Under the pieces are notes generated by a model, which did no database searches, was not told the DNA's origin, and worked only from the letters and a program-made list of their open reading frames with translations. This document shows, in pieces, positions 19,100 to 27,918 of a DNA stretch of 64,000 bases (positions within the stretch are counted from its first letter, which is position 1; the number at the start of each line of letters is the position of its first letter). The translations under genes were made by a program, and so were the position numbers. This stretch comes from Thermoproteota archaeon (GTDB taxonomy: Archaea; Thermoproteota; Thermoprotei_A; EX4484-217-1), in NCBI GenBank assembly GCA_029258915.1, contig JAPDJU010000005.1, positions 201,797 through 265,796 on the forward strand, in the 5' to 3' direction.

Positions 19100-19450
19100 G
19101 TGTTAGAAATGCAGGAAAATTATATAACTATTGAAGATTTTTCAAAAATAGACTTAAGAGTAGGCATAGTTAAAGAGGTAAAGAAAATTCCAGGCACAAG
19201 AAAGCTCTTAAAACTAATTGTTGACCTTGGAGAATTAGGAGAAAGACAGCTTGTAGCCGGGCTTGGCGATGTCTATTCTCCTGAAGACCTTTTAGGTAAA
19301 AGAATAGTTGTTGTAGTAAATCTAAAACCTAAAGCCTTTAGGGGGTATTTAAGTCAGGGTATGCTTTTGGCTGCTGGTTGCGGTAAAGGCGAAGTTCCTA
19401 GAATATTAACTGTAGATGGCGATGTGAAACCTGGAAGTAAAGTTTGTTAA
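19100..19450 (+). CDS. tRNA-binding domain protein (CsaA/Trbp111/MetRS-C-terminal-like OB fold)
   Basis: 116 aa. IDLRVGIVKEV...LVAGL...VVVNLKP is typical of Myf-domain tRNA-binding proteins. Confidence 0.7.
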   Translation: MLEMQENYITIEDFSKIDLRVGIVKEVKKIPGTRKLLKLIVDLGELGERQLVAGLGDVYSPEDLLGKRIVVVVNLKPKAFRGYLSQGMLLAAGCGKGEVPRILTVDGDVKPGSKVC

Positions 19451-20013
19451 AGGATCTGGCCGATAATATATGTTAATACGGCTACAAGCATTCCTCCTCC
19501 TGTGTATAGAAATGCTATTTTTATTCTTTCCTTTTTTGATGTAACGAGACCTGTTAATGCTAAAGTAATAAGCGCCAATACTATTCCAGAAATAGCGTTT
19601 ATTGGATATGGTAGCATAAAGAAAAAAGATGCAGGCAATAAGCCTCCTAAGAGAGTTGAAGCACCAGCAGCAAGAACTCTGACACGTACTTTTAAAGCTG
19701 TCCTCTTAGATATAATAGTCCCTTTAAGACTTTTCAATAAATGTCTCTCAAGTACGTAAAGTTTAGCTTCTTCGAAAGAACGTTCAGCAAAATATGCTCC
19801 ATAAGAATTTGTTAGAGCTGCTGTTACGACGCCACCTATCCAAGCTTTTACGGCTTCTTGAGCTGCAAACTCTAATGTAACAAGCAGTATGCCTAACGCG
19901 AAGAGTACACCATCGCTCATACCTAAGATTATGTATCTTAGAACTTCGTGTTTAGCTCTATGTTCTAGCCTGAGGGGGTTGGGCAGATTCAATAATTTTT
20001 TCACCAACAACAA
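19447..20013 (-). CDS. VIT1/CCC1-family membrane protein
   Basis: 188 aa. GMSDGVLFALGI resembles the VIT-family GxxDGxxS motif. It has multiple TM helices and lies next to a DUF211-like gene. Confidence 0.55.
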   Translation of the reverse strand: MLLVKKLLNLPNPLRLEHRAKHEVLRYIILGMSDGVLFALGILLVTLEFAAQEAVKAWIGGVVTAALTNSYGAYFAERSFEEAKLYVLERHLLKSLKGTIISKRTALKVRVRVLAAGASTLLGGLLPASFFFMLPYPINAISGIVLALITLALTGLVTSKKERIKIAFLYTGGGMLVAVLTYIIGQIL

Positions 20014-20269
20014 CTTGGTCTACACTGTGTATGACAGCACCTACCCTAGTTAACTCTTTTTCAATATTATCGAAATTTATATCTTCACCCTCAATAGTAA
20101 TTATTAGACCCATTGTTTCAACATCAACCTCATTAACAGTAACATTTACTGCTGAGACGCCTTTGACTTTTGCTAACGCCTTAGCAACATCGACAACTGA
20201 AGGTTCTTTAAGAGGTTTTAAAACGTCAAGAACAAGCCTTCTTATTTTAACTCTACTTGCTTTGCTCAT
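19958..20269 (-). CDS. DUF211/COG1888-like small protein
   Basis: 103 aa. It is commonly found with VIT-family genes. It overlaps the start of the VIT ORF, so the VIT start may lie further downstream. Confidence 0.5.
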   Translation of the reverse strand: MSKASRVKIRRLVLDVLKPLKEPSVVDVAKALAKVKGVSAVNVTVNEVDVETMGLIITIEGEDINFDNIEKELTRVGAVIHSVDQVVVGEKIIESAQPPQART

Positions 20270-20388
20270 ATACTCCTAATTCACCCTCCGCTATAACTAC
20301 TATAGTCTACATTTTTACTTATAAACATTAATAAAAATAAGTATATGAAATATCTATGTAGTAAACATAATACTGCAGGAACGTGTAG

Positions 20389-20850
20389 GTGGTATGTTTT
20401 AAAATGCTTGATGAGCTCGATAAGAAAATACTGAATGTTCTCATAGAAAACCCTAGAATAACGTATAGAAAGTTAGCTAAAACTCTAGGTGTTTCCGTTG
20501 GCACGGTATATGCAAGAATTAAGAAGCTTATAGGCCGTGGCATTATAAAAGATTTTACAATTCAAGTTAATTTCGCAAAAATAGGATATGATGTAACAGC
20601 CCTAATACTAGTTAAAGTTGATGGTAAACATATAATAGATGTGGAAAGAGAGGTAGCTAAACATCCTAATGTATGTGCAGTTTACGATGTCACAGGAGAA
20701 TTTGATGTAATAGTTGTTGCAAAGTTTAGAAATATAAGTGAATTAAATAAGTTCATTAAGGCTATACTTGCAAAACCATATGTTATAAGTACAAATACAA
20801 GTATAGCACTAAATGTAGTAAAAGAAGATTTTAAGTTAAAAGTTCCTTGA
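20389..20850 (+). CDS. Lrp/AsnC-family transcriptional regulator
   Basis: 153 aa. The N-terminal HTH is LDKKILNVLIENPRITYRKLAKTLGVSVGTVYARIKKL, followed by a C-terminal RAM domain. Confidence 0.85.
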   Translation: MVCFKMLDELDKKILNVLIENPRITYRKLAKTLGVSVGTVYARIKKLIGRGIIKDFTIQVNFAKIGYDVTALILVKVDGKHIIDVEREVAKHPNVCAVYDVTGEFDVIVVAKFRNISELNKFIKAILAKPYVISTNTSIALNVVKEDFKLKVP

Positions 20851-20857
20851 AAAGTAA

Positions 20858-21109
20858 TTGAGGGTGTTTAGGTGTATGCCTACAAAAAAGTACAAGCCTA
20901 TAGTTAAAACTCCTAGATTAATAAGCAAGGGTAAAGTAACACCTAAACGTAGAAAAGGTAAAGGATTCAGTCTTCCGGAAATTAGAGAAGCGGGAATAAC
21001 TATAGATATAGCTAAAAAACTAGGGATATATATTGACATGAGGCGTAGATCAAAACACAAGGAAAACGTTGAATTACTGAAGAAAATACTTAAAGAGAAG
21101 CAAAATTAA
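20858..21109 (+). CDS. rpl13e: ribosomal protein L13e (archaeal)
   Basis: 83-aa basic protein with GFSLPEIREAGI...LGIYIDMRRR. Confidence 0.6.
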   Translation: MRVFRCMPTKKYKPIVKTPRLISKGKVTPKRRKGKGFSLPEIREAGITIDIAKKLGIYIDMRRRSKHKENVELLKKILKEKQN

Positions 21110-21117
21110 AACGCTAA

Positions 21118-21405
21118 TCACGTTCTACTTACATGTTTAGACTTATAATAGCAATTAAGACAAACATATCTAACAGTATCTAATTGTACAGAACATCGCT
21201 CGCAAATAATCTTACCGCAGTAGATACAGGTTTCTGTTGCAAGATACTCTCTGCATAATTCACATAAACTTTCATTACATACAACACATATTCCATTACT
21301 TAAGTTAAAATGGTCTAAGCATACGTTTCTTTTGCAAATTTTGCAAACGTATTCGGCGTAGTTTTCTTCACATATTTCACACTTAATTTTCTTTCTTAAA
21401 CCCAT
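21118..21405 (-). CDS. cysteine-rich multi-CxxC zinc-finger protein
   Basis: 95 aa with about 8 CxxC pairs. Confidence 0.5.
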   Translation of the reverse strand: MGLRKKIKCEICEENYAEYVCKICKRNVCLDHFNLSNGICVVCNESLCELCREYLATETCIYCGKIICERCSVQLDTVRYVCLNCYYKSKHVSRT

Positions 21406-21545
21406 AAGCTTCCACTACTTTACTTGCTAGGTATGTAACTATGTGATACCGCTTAGTAAACATAGACAAATAAAAATATTTCCTAAATCTATATATCCAT
21501 GACTGTCGTTTAGAGATACAAGTTATGATAAATTAGGGTGTTGGG

Positions 21546-22151
21546 ATGAGCGTTATAGAGCATAGTGTAAATATAGAACATGAACGTCTAGCTAAAGTCC
21601 TGCCAGTAATACTCATAGTTATATATTCGAGTACATTGCTTTTCGGAATCTCTGTTGCATCAACAAACCCTACTTATGCTCATGAAATATTAAGCCCTAT
21701 TGTTCAAGACATTGAAGAAAGTCTTTTAACCAAACTATGTCATGAAGCATCTAGTTTATGGTTTAATGAGAAGATTTTGGAAGCATTGTTGTTAATGGTT
21801 ATTATAGGGTTTCTTAGATTAACTTCAGAGGCTATAACAGCACTTATACCACCTTATGTTGCCTTCACATACTTCATAGAAGGTCTGTTTATAGGTACAT
21901 CAGAATATGTTGAGAGAATATTAGTAACGATGTATATTCCTATAACTGTAGGTGATTTATTATCTATATCTCTTATTGAGGGAGGGCTCTTCCAGCTTGT
22001 CCTTTCAAAGATAAAGAATAAACCATTAGGAAACTTTAGTATAATGCTTATAATTACTGGCTTTATAGGGCTAATTGTAACAAGTTACTTGGCAACATTT
22101 TCTTCATGCGTTATTGAAAGAATAGTTTTAAGCTATAAACCAGGTTTTTAG
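21546..22151 (+). CDS. membrane protein (hypothetical)
   Basis: 201 aa with several hydrophobic helices. Confidence 0.45.
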   Translation: MSVIEHSVNIEHERLAKVLPVILIVIYSSTLLFGISVASTNPTYAHEILSPIVQDIEESLLTKLCHEASSLWFNEKILEALLLMVIIGFLRLTSEAITALIPPYVAFTYFIEGLFIGTSEYVERILVTMYIPITVGDLLSISLIEGGLFQLVLSKIKNKPLGNFSIMLIITGFIGLIVTSYLATFSSCVIERIVLSYKPGF

Positions 22152-23307
22152 TTACAAATTGTGCTTTAGAAAATAGTCTGCAAATTAATTTAGGCTTGCC
22201 TATTATAGTACTTAGTAGTTTTTCGTGATGATCATAGTCGACTTCTTTCAATTCCCCTAAACCACCAATAGCTCTAAATATGTTTTCTTTCTCCTTCAAA
22301 GGCAGCTTGTGAAATGTTTTAGAGATAGCGCCTTGGACTTTTAATTTTAAACGTAATTCTCTGGTGAGTTTTTCATAAGTATTGAGAGCATTAATGAGTT
22401 CATTTCTTTTAAAACTAAGTGCTTCGGCTAATTTTTTTGCAAACATGCTATGTACGTATAGTCCTCCCCCAGTTATAGGTTTTACATGGAAACCTGCATC
22501 TCCAAGCATTACTACTCCTTGGTAGTGATCTTTCCAGAAAGGTGGTGTTCTAAGTATTGGTCCTCCAAAAACCTTAATCTTTTCCTTTACAAGAACAATG
22601 TTCCTGGAACTAACGAATTTTATAAAAGTATTTAATAAGTCCAAACTTACATTCTTTCCTCCTATACCTATTCTTACCTTATTACTGTTTAGAGGAACTA
22701 TCCATCCGAAAAACTCTTTTGCAAACCTATCGGAAAAGAAAACCGTAAACTCATCAACATTATCAACTTTTCCTTTACAATCCGCCTGCACACCATAGAT
22801 TTTAGCAAGCCCAACAGCTGTTTTCCCTAGGATCGACTTCCTAATTCTCTGAATAGCTCCTTCAGCGTTTACTATAATATTGCTGCAAACATTAGCTTTA
22901 CTACTAAGTTCAGTCTTCATTACATTATCCTTAACCTTTATGTTTTCAACCTTGGTAGCAAAGTAGAAGTCATATTTGTCCTTAACAGTATCAAATAGTT
23001 CTTTCACGTACCTTACTCTATCTAAAACGTAAACAGGCTTACTTGGTATTATCCTAAGCTCAATATTGTTTTCAGTTAAAATGCGTAATGAAGAAAACTT
23101 ATTTAGAATGCTTTTGAGAGCTGGTTTACCCACAGTATCTATTACCCTATGACTAACAATACCTGTACAATGCTCGATGACACCTACTTCACGTAACCTT
23201 TCAAAAACTGCTACATTAAATCTGTCGCTGAGAAATTTTAGAAAGACTAATGCAGCAGGACCTGCCCCTATAACAACGATGTCATAGTGTTTTCTCATAC
23301 CATTCAC
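22111..23307 (-). CDS. geranylgeranyl reductase-family FAD-dependent oxidoreductase
   Basis: 398 aa with the N-terminal FAD motif DIVVIGAGPAALVFL. Confidence 0.75.
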   Translation of the reverse strand: MNGMRKHYDIVVIGAGPAALVFLKFLSDRFNVAVFERLREVGVIEHCTGIVSHRVIDTVGKPALKSILNKFSSLRILTENNIELRIIPSKPVYVLDRVRYVKELFDTVKDKYDFYFATKVENIKVKDNVMKTELSSKANVCSNIIVNAEGAIQRIRKSILGKTAVGLAKIYGVQADCKGKVDNVDEFTVFFSDRFAKEFFGWIVPLNSNKVRIGIGGKNVSLDLLNTFIKFVSSRNIVLVKEKIKVFGGPILRTPPFWKDHYQGVVMLGDAGFHVKPITGGGLYVHSMFAKKLAEALSFKRNELINALNTYEKLTRELRLKLKVQGAISKTFHKLPLKEKENIFRAIGGLGELKEVDYDHHEKLLSTIIGKPKLICRLFSKAQFVTKNLVYSLKLFFQ

Positions 23308-23365
23308 ATATTTAGTTTAAATCTACGTTATGTTAATGAACTTTCCTTAGCTACTAATTATTTGG

Positions 23366-23806
23366 GTGCTAAATATGTTTAGAAACAATATGGTTTTCAG
23401 AAAATTAATTCACGTAAATGCTTGCTCACATGTAATAAGAAAGCTAAAGAGGATTCTCATATACGGTACGTGTTTGCGGGACGAATATCCAGAGGTTTTA
23501 AATGTGTTTTCTAAAGACTATGTACCTTTAGCGGTCTGTTTGGAAGAGGAACATATGAATATGGTGGGTTTTAAACTTGCTACAATAATGAATTCTTGCA
23601 AACCTATTGAGATAATTGTTCTTACCGTTGATGGCAGTCCACACTGCGTTCAACTGCATATGATGGTTGAAGAATGTCTAAAGCTTGTTCCGGGAATTAA
23701 CGTTAAACACTATGTCATATATAAAGGTAAAACAATCGAAATACCATCTAAAGCAATTAAGACAGCAAGGTATCTTGCAAAGGTTAAGAAGCTTCTAGGA
23801 GAATAA
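23366..23806 (+). CDS. hypothetical Cys-containing protein
   Basis: 146-aa ORF. Confidence 0.4.
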   Translation: MLNMFRNNMVFRKLIHVNACSHVIRKLKRILIYGTCLRDEYPEVLNVFSKDYVPLAVCLEEEHMNMVGFKLATIMNSCKPIEIIVLTVDGSPHCVQLHMMVEECLKLVPGINVKHYVIYKGKTIEIPSKAIKTARYLAKVKKLLGE

Positions 23807-23830
23807 CGTAAAAAATCTATTGTACTCATA

Positions 23831-23858
23831 GGGGATTGGCAAAGTAATCCTCATCCCC
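23831..23858. terminator. palindromic hairpin between convergent genes
   Basis: GGGGAUUGGCAAAGUAAUCCUCAUCCCC can form GGAUU/AAUCC and GGGGAU/AUCCCC stems. It lies at the 3' ends of 23366-23806(+) and 23851-24237(-). Confidence 0.3.
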
Positions 23859-24237
23859 GATAAGAACGATCCACATAACCTCTAATAATCTTCTTCGCCT
23901 TTAAGCTAGTAGCTATATAGCGAAAAGCTGCTTCAGGATCAGTATGTTCACCGCAGGAATAAACATCAACTGTTGCAAAGCTAAACTCAGGCCACGTATG
24001 TACAGCAATATGGCTTTCTAAAACAATAGCAACTATGCTTACACCATCACCTATTTTCCACGATCTCACATCTAGCAGCGTCATATTGCCTATCTTCGCT
24101 GCTTCAATAACTATGTTTTTTAGTACTCTTTTATTCCTTAAAAGCTTAGTATCGCAATCGTAAAGTTCACCATAAACGTGTTTACCAATAACCTTCGGTA
24201 TAGCAACCTCTCTTTGCAGAGCTACGAGTTCCGTCAT
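23851..24237 (-). CDS. AdoMetDC-fold pyruvoyl decarboxylase (S-adenosylmethionine decarboxylase or its crenarchaeal arginine-decarboxylase paralog)
   Basis: 128 aa. [13 protein letters not shown] (proenzyme cleavage Ser) and [10 protein letters not shown] are present. Confidence 0.8.
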   Translation of the reverse strand: MTELVALQREVAIPKVIGKHVYGELYDCDTKLLRNKRVLKNIVIEAAKIGNMTLLDVRSWKIGDGVSIVAIVLESHIAVHTWPEFSFATVDVYSCGEHTDPEAAFRYIATSLKAKKIIRGYVDRSYRG

Positions 24238-24357
24238 CGCCCCCTAACACCCCCCTCTTGGGGGATTACCCCCCCATAGCATTTAAAGTTTACCCTTAAA
24301 GAAATGTAAGAATAGAATATAAACAATGTAAAAAGCAGTGTAGAAAATGGGATTCAT

Positions 24358-24834
24358 ATGGTTATCCCTGGGTTCCGTATTGTGAAGTACATAAGGAACA
24401 TTATGTTTAATGAGCAAGTACAACCAGCAGGAATAGACTTAACAGTATCTAAAGTGTTTAAATTTAAGTCTAAAGGGTACTTAGGAGTTAGGAAAAGAGA
24501 TCTCTCAGAAGTATATGAGGTTCCTAAGAGAAATGGTAAGTGGTTTCTAGCTAAAGGAGTGTATAAAGTATTGATTAACGAAATTATCCATGTACCTAAA
24601 GATGCTGTAGGCATTTGTTTTCCACGATCCTCTCTTTTAAGAATGGGAGTTGATGTACGATGTGCCCTTTGGGATCCAGGATATTATGGTAGAAGCGAAA
24701 TACTACTTGTTGTACATAATGATGAAGGTGTAGTTATTGAAGAAAATTCTAGAATTGCACAAATAGTTTTCATAAGGTTAACTGAAAAGCCGCATAAACT
24801 ATATTCAGGGAGATTTAGAGGAGAAAACATATGA
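24358..24834 (+). CDS. dCTP deaminase / dUTPase family protein
   Basis: 158 aa with the motifs GIDL, PRSSLLRMG and WDPGYYG. Confidence 0.75.
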   Translation: MVIPGFRIVKYIRNIMFNEQVQPAGIDLTVSKVFKFKSKGYLGVRKRDLSEVYEVPKRNGKWFLAKGVYKVLINEIIHVPKDAVGICFPRSSLLRMGVDVRCALWDPGYYGRSEILLVVHNDEGVVIEENSRIAQIVFIRLTEKPHKLYSGRFRGENI

Positions 24835-25793
24835 TAGAAATTAATGATAAAGCTATAGGGAATGTAAGTAAACACATTAAATATATTGAAATACCCTTAG
24901 ATAGCTTTACAAACCCCGAATATTACCCATCAACAGGCGATGTTGAAGATGTTATAAGGTATTTTCTCTTTATGGTAGCTATAGATCATAGAACAAGTTA
25001 TAGAGGAGTAAGCTATGAAGAATGGGTTAATGGAAAATTATATCATGGTGCAGATCTTCTTTACAGACTCGGCATGATGAAATACAATGAAGACCCAGAT
25101 TTTTTCTCACCTAGACATATGGCCAAAATTAAATTAAAAGATGTTATATCATGGCTAAACTATGGTAAGGCAAAAATATGGGATATTAATATAAGGGCCA
25201 TGCTACTTCGAGATCTAGGCCTTAAACTTCTAAAACTATACCATGGGAAGGCATGTAAGCTTATAGTTGATAGTAAGGGTTATTTAAAGAGAAAAGGAAA
25301 AGGTTTGATTGAGACATTAAAGGTGTTTAAAGCTTATGAAGACCCTGTTGAAAAGAAAGCATATTTACTAGTAAAGTTTCTTGAAAGAAGAGGAATAATT
25401 CGTATAAAGGACTTAGCTAATGTAGAAATTCCCGTAGACAATCATCTCACACGAATAGCTTTTAGACTAAACATAGTAACGCTAAATTCGAAATTATGGA
25501 AAGCTATAAGCACAGGTAAGCATTTAACGAGAGAAGAAGACGTAATTATAAGGTTAACTGTAAGAAAAGCATATAAAGAAATTTCTAGAAGAGCAGGCGT
25601 TTTACCGCTATACCTAGATGATTTTTTATGGATGCTAGGCAGAAGATGCTGTACAAAACCTTTGCCTAAGTGCAATAACTGTAAGGTACTAAAGTATAGT
25701 GAATGTCCTCTTAAAAATGCTTGCAAAGGTTATAGAGATCCCAATTATGCTAAATTAACAGAACACATGTACATAAGAACATGGTACTATTGA
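24831..25793 (+). CDS. divergent HhH-GPD/EndoIII-like DNA glycosylase candidate with C-terminal 4-Cys (Fe-S cluster loop-like) motif
   Basis: 320 aa. IPVDNHLTRIAFRLNIV resembles the EndoIII PVDTHVxRVxxRLG segment. The C-terminal Cys pattern is C-x6-C-x2-C-x7-C. Its start overlaps the dUTPase-like stop. Confidence 0.4.
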   Translation: MIEINDKAIGNVSKHIKYIEIPLDSFTNPEYYPSTGDVEDVIRYFLFMVAIDHRTSYRGVSYEEWVNGKLYHGADLLYRLGMMKYNEDPDFFSPRHMAKIKLKDVISWLNYGKAKIWDINIRAMLLRDLGLKLLKLYHGKACKLIVDSKGYLKRKGKGLIETLKVFKAYEDPVEKKAYLLVKFLERRGIIRIKDLANVEIPVDNHLTRIAFRLNIVTLNSKLWKAISTGKHLTREEDVIIRLTVRKAYKEISRRAGVLPLYLDDFLWMLGRRCCTKPLPKCNNCKVLKYSECPLKNACKGYRDPNYAKLTEHMYIRTWYY

Positions 25794-25866
25794 TAAGGGA
25801 ATAGTCTTTTATACTATGTGCAATACCGAAAATATATTCGAAATCCCTTTAGTGAGGCTATAAACT

Positions 25867-26031
25867 ATGGGAAGAGTTGTCGTCGTCTCAGTGAAAATGC
25901 CTAAGGAACTTCTCAAGGAACTGGATAAACTAGTAGAAGAAGGTATGTTTTCATCTAGAAGTGAGGCGATAAGGCGAGGAATAGCTCTACTAATACGTAA
26001 TTATTATAGACTTAAAATTAGAAGTAAATGA
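25867..26031 (+). CDS. CopG/ribbon-helix-helix family protein (55 aa, below the track threshold)
   Basis: MGRVVVVSVKMPKELLKELDKLVEEGMFSSRSEAIRRGIALLI. It is a paralog of 2515-2727. Confidence 0.5.
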   Translation: MGRVVVVSVKMPKELLKELDKLVEEGMFSSRSEAIRRGIALLIRNYYRLKIRSK

Positions 26032-26126
26032 AGGTTCATAAAAACCTATAAACTTAGCTTAAGCTAAGTTCTAACCGAACCCCTAGTAACTGATAACATA
26101 AAGTATTATGTGTAGAGGCCTTACCT

Positions 26127-26423
26127 ATGTATAGTAAAAAAGCATATTTTGACTACTTTTATAAAATTTTAAAATCTTTAAAAAGCAAGGAGATAAGTAA
26201 CGAAGAAGAAAAGAAAGTAACACTATATTTTATCAGAAATATTTCTGTTGGAGAAATATTGGCTTTAAGAGAATTAGAGATCTTAGGTGTTAAAAATCCC
26301 TCAAAAGTTATCAGGACACTTATTCTGAAAGGTGTTTTAGAAAAAGGTGAGGGATGTTACAATTTAGCTAAGGATATAAGAGAAGAACTATTTATGTTAA
26401 AACGTAAGGGCAGAGACATATAG
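26127..26423 (+). CDS. small winged-helix-like hypothetical protein
   Basis: 98-aa ORF. Confidence 0.4.
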   Translation: MYSKKAYFDYFYKILKSLKSKEISNEEEKKVTLYFIRNISVGEILALRELEILGVKNPSKVIRTLILKGVLEKGEGCYNLAKDIREELFMLKRKGRDI

Positions 26424-26489
26424 TGTTGTATTTGTAAGTTTTAAATGTTTTTGTTTCATTAGATGGAGTTGCATTGAAGCTTTAGAAAA

Positions 26490-26800
26490 GATGGATGTGC
26501 GAAGCCCCGTCCCCGCGAAAGCCCCCTAATGAAACCGAAGGGAGGAAGGTTTGCCATTACAAAAGCTACCAAATATTCCGAAAGTAGCAGCAAACTATAA
26601 CGGCTAATTAAAGTATAGGCTGTTACAAATTTTACGGTAAATTTAAACATTTCAGAATACTTCTAAACCATGAAACATTTCTTAATGATCCCCATTGCGG
26701 TGAGGAGCTTCAGATGAGAGGGCTGTGGCGTTGCCCTCGACAGAGCCCCATGAGGTGCGGGTGAAGCTAATGAACTCACACCAAGGGCTAACCCCCTCAC
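26490..26800 (+). ncRNA. about 300-bp non-coding island with GC-rich structured ends; candidate stable RNA gene(s) of unresolved identity
   Basis: It lies between convergent genes and has no convincing ORF. The GC-rich segments at 26495-26560 and 26684-26795 are unusual in a roughly 34% GC genome. It has multiple hairpins (UAAUG-AAACC[GAAGGGAGGAA]GGUUU..CAUUA, GGUUUGC...GCAAACU, GAGGGC...GCCCUC). The strand is uncertain. Confidence 0.35.
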
Positions 26801-26820
26801 AAAATTAAAAATAACTAAAA

Positions 26821-27771
26821 TTACCTAAAAGTACCGTGAGGGGAGAAACGCTTGTACTCTATTCCTTCTAAGTACTTAACATCACCATAACTTATCTCCC
26901 AAACTTTTCCCTTGCTATCTTCTATAACTAGTTTGCCTCTTGGTGAGATGTCTAGCACTGTGCCTTCAACTACTAAATGGTTTATTTTTACAGCTATTTT
27001 CCTACCTATTGTTAAGTTCATTCTTCTCCATAAATTAATAATATCTTCCGCACTTGTTTTCTCTAGTATCCTAGCTACTTCTAAGGCTATGGCTTTAAGT
27101 ATTACATTTCTCGGCATATTGAAGCCTAAAATTTCAGATAGCGATATAACTCCTTGTAGCCCTGAAAATTTCATTTTATTATTAACATTTAATCCTATAC
27201 CTATAATGCTAAGAACTTTATCATCTTTAAACATGTTCTCTATAAGTATTCCTCCTATTTTCTTTGCTAAAAACATTATGTCATTAGGCCATTTAAGTTT
27301 AAAATCTATTAACAGTAGTTTCTTAAGTGCATTTACTACAGCAACACCTACGGCTAGACTTAGAATCTCTAATAATTCTTTTCTTTCTACTTGCCATAGT
27401 ATTGATAACCATATGCCTCCTGGAGGTGATAACCATATCCTTCCGGCTCTACCTCTTCCCTTGGTCTGTACTTCTGAAAAAATTATTGCCCTACTATAGT
27501 TGTCTACGACTTTTTTTACATAGCTCATTGTTGAATCTATAGAGTAAAAGTACTTGATGAGCTGGAAACCTATACTTTTTAGAAGCGTATCATTCTCTAA
27601 TAATTTCATATTATCCGAAAAGTTTCCGCAAACACTGTCATTTTTAAACGTAATGGATTCAAGAGTTAATAAGTAATTTATAAGTTCATGAGGTAAACTG
27701 CTTCGTTGAATGCATTTATTATTGTAAAGATTTTTAATTGCACTTAACGTACTTGAACTTGAATTTGTCAA
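26821..27771 (-). CDS. birA: biotin--protein ligase BirA
   Basis: 316 aa with the biotin-ligase signature TKGRGRAGRIWLSPPGGIWLS. It is divergent from accC. Confidence 0.8.
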   Translation of the reverse strand: MTNSSSSTLSAIKNLYNNKCIQRSSLPHELINYLLTLESITFKNDSVCGNFSDNMKLLENDTLLKSIGFQLIKYFYSIDSTMSYVKKVVDNYSRAIIFSEVQTKGRGRAGRIWLSPPGGIWLSILWQVERKELLEILSLAVGVAVVNALKKLLLIDFKLKWPNDIMFLAKKIGGILIENMFKDDKVLSIIGIGLNVNNKMKFSGLQGVISLSEILGFNMPRNVILKAIALEVARILEKTSAEDIINLWRRMNLTIGRKIAVKINHLVVEGTVLDISPRGKLVIEDSKGKVWEISYGDVKYLEGIEYKRFSPHGTFR

Positions 27772-27870
27772 AAGTTACACACCTAGGAAGTTCGACATTT
27801 GTCTATGATAGATTTACTTAGAGTAACTATATATCAGCTTTCTACACTTACCATTCCGCAGTAATAGGTA

Positions 27871-27878
27871 TTAAATAT
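27871..27878 (+). promoter_or_regulatory. TATA-like box upstream of accC
   Basis: TTAAATAT lies about 41 nt upstream of the ATG at 27919. Confidence 0.25.
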
Positions 27879-27918
27879 ATGTTAAAGACATCAGCATGGT
27901 ATTGAGGCTTTTAGCTAA

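Noticed and set aside
26459-26650. 63-aa minus-strand ORF inside the GC-rich non-coding island
   Set aside because: It has no motif and lies across predicted RNA hairpins. The region is better explained as structured non-coding RNA.
26490-26800. Assignment of the GC-rich island to SRP (7S) RNA or RNase P RNA
   Set aside because: Only partial resemblance to the GGAGGAAAGUCC (RNase P P4) and GNRA-AGCAGC (SRP helix 8) motifs. The required long-range complementary strands were not found, and the AT-rich middle is atypical. It is kept as an unidentified ncRNA candidate.
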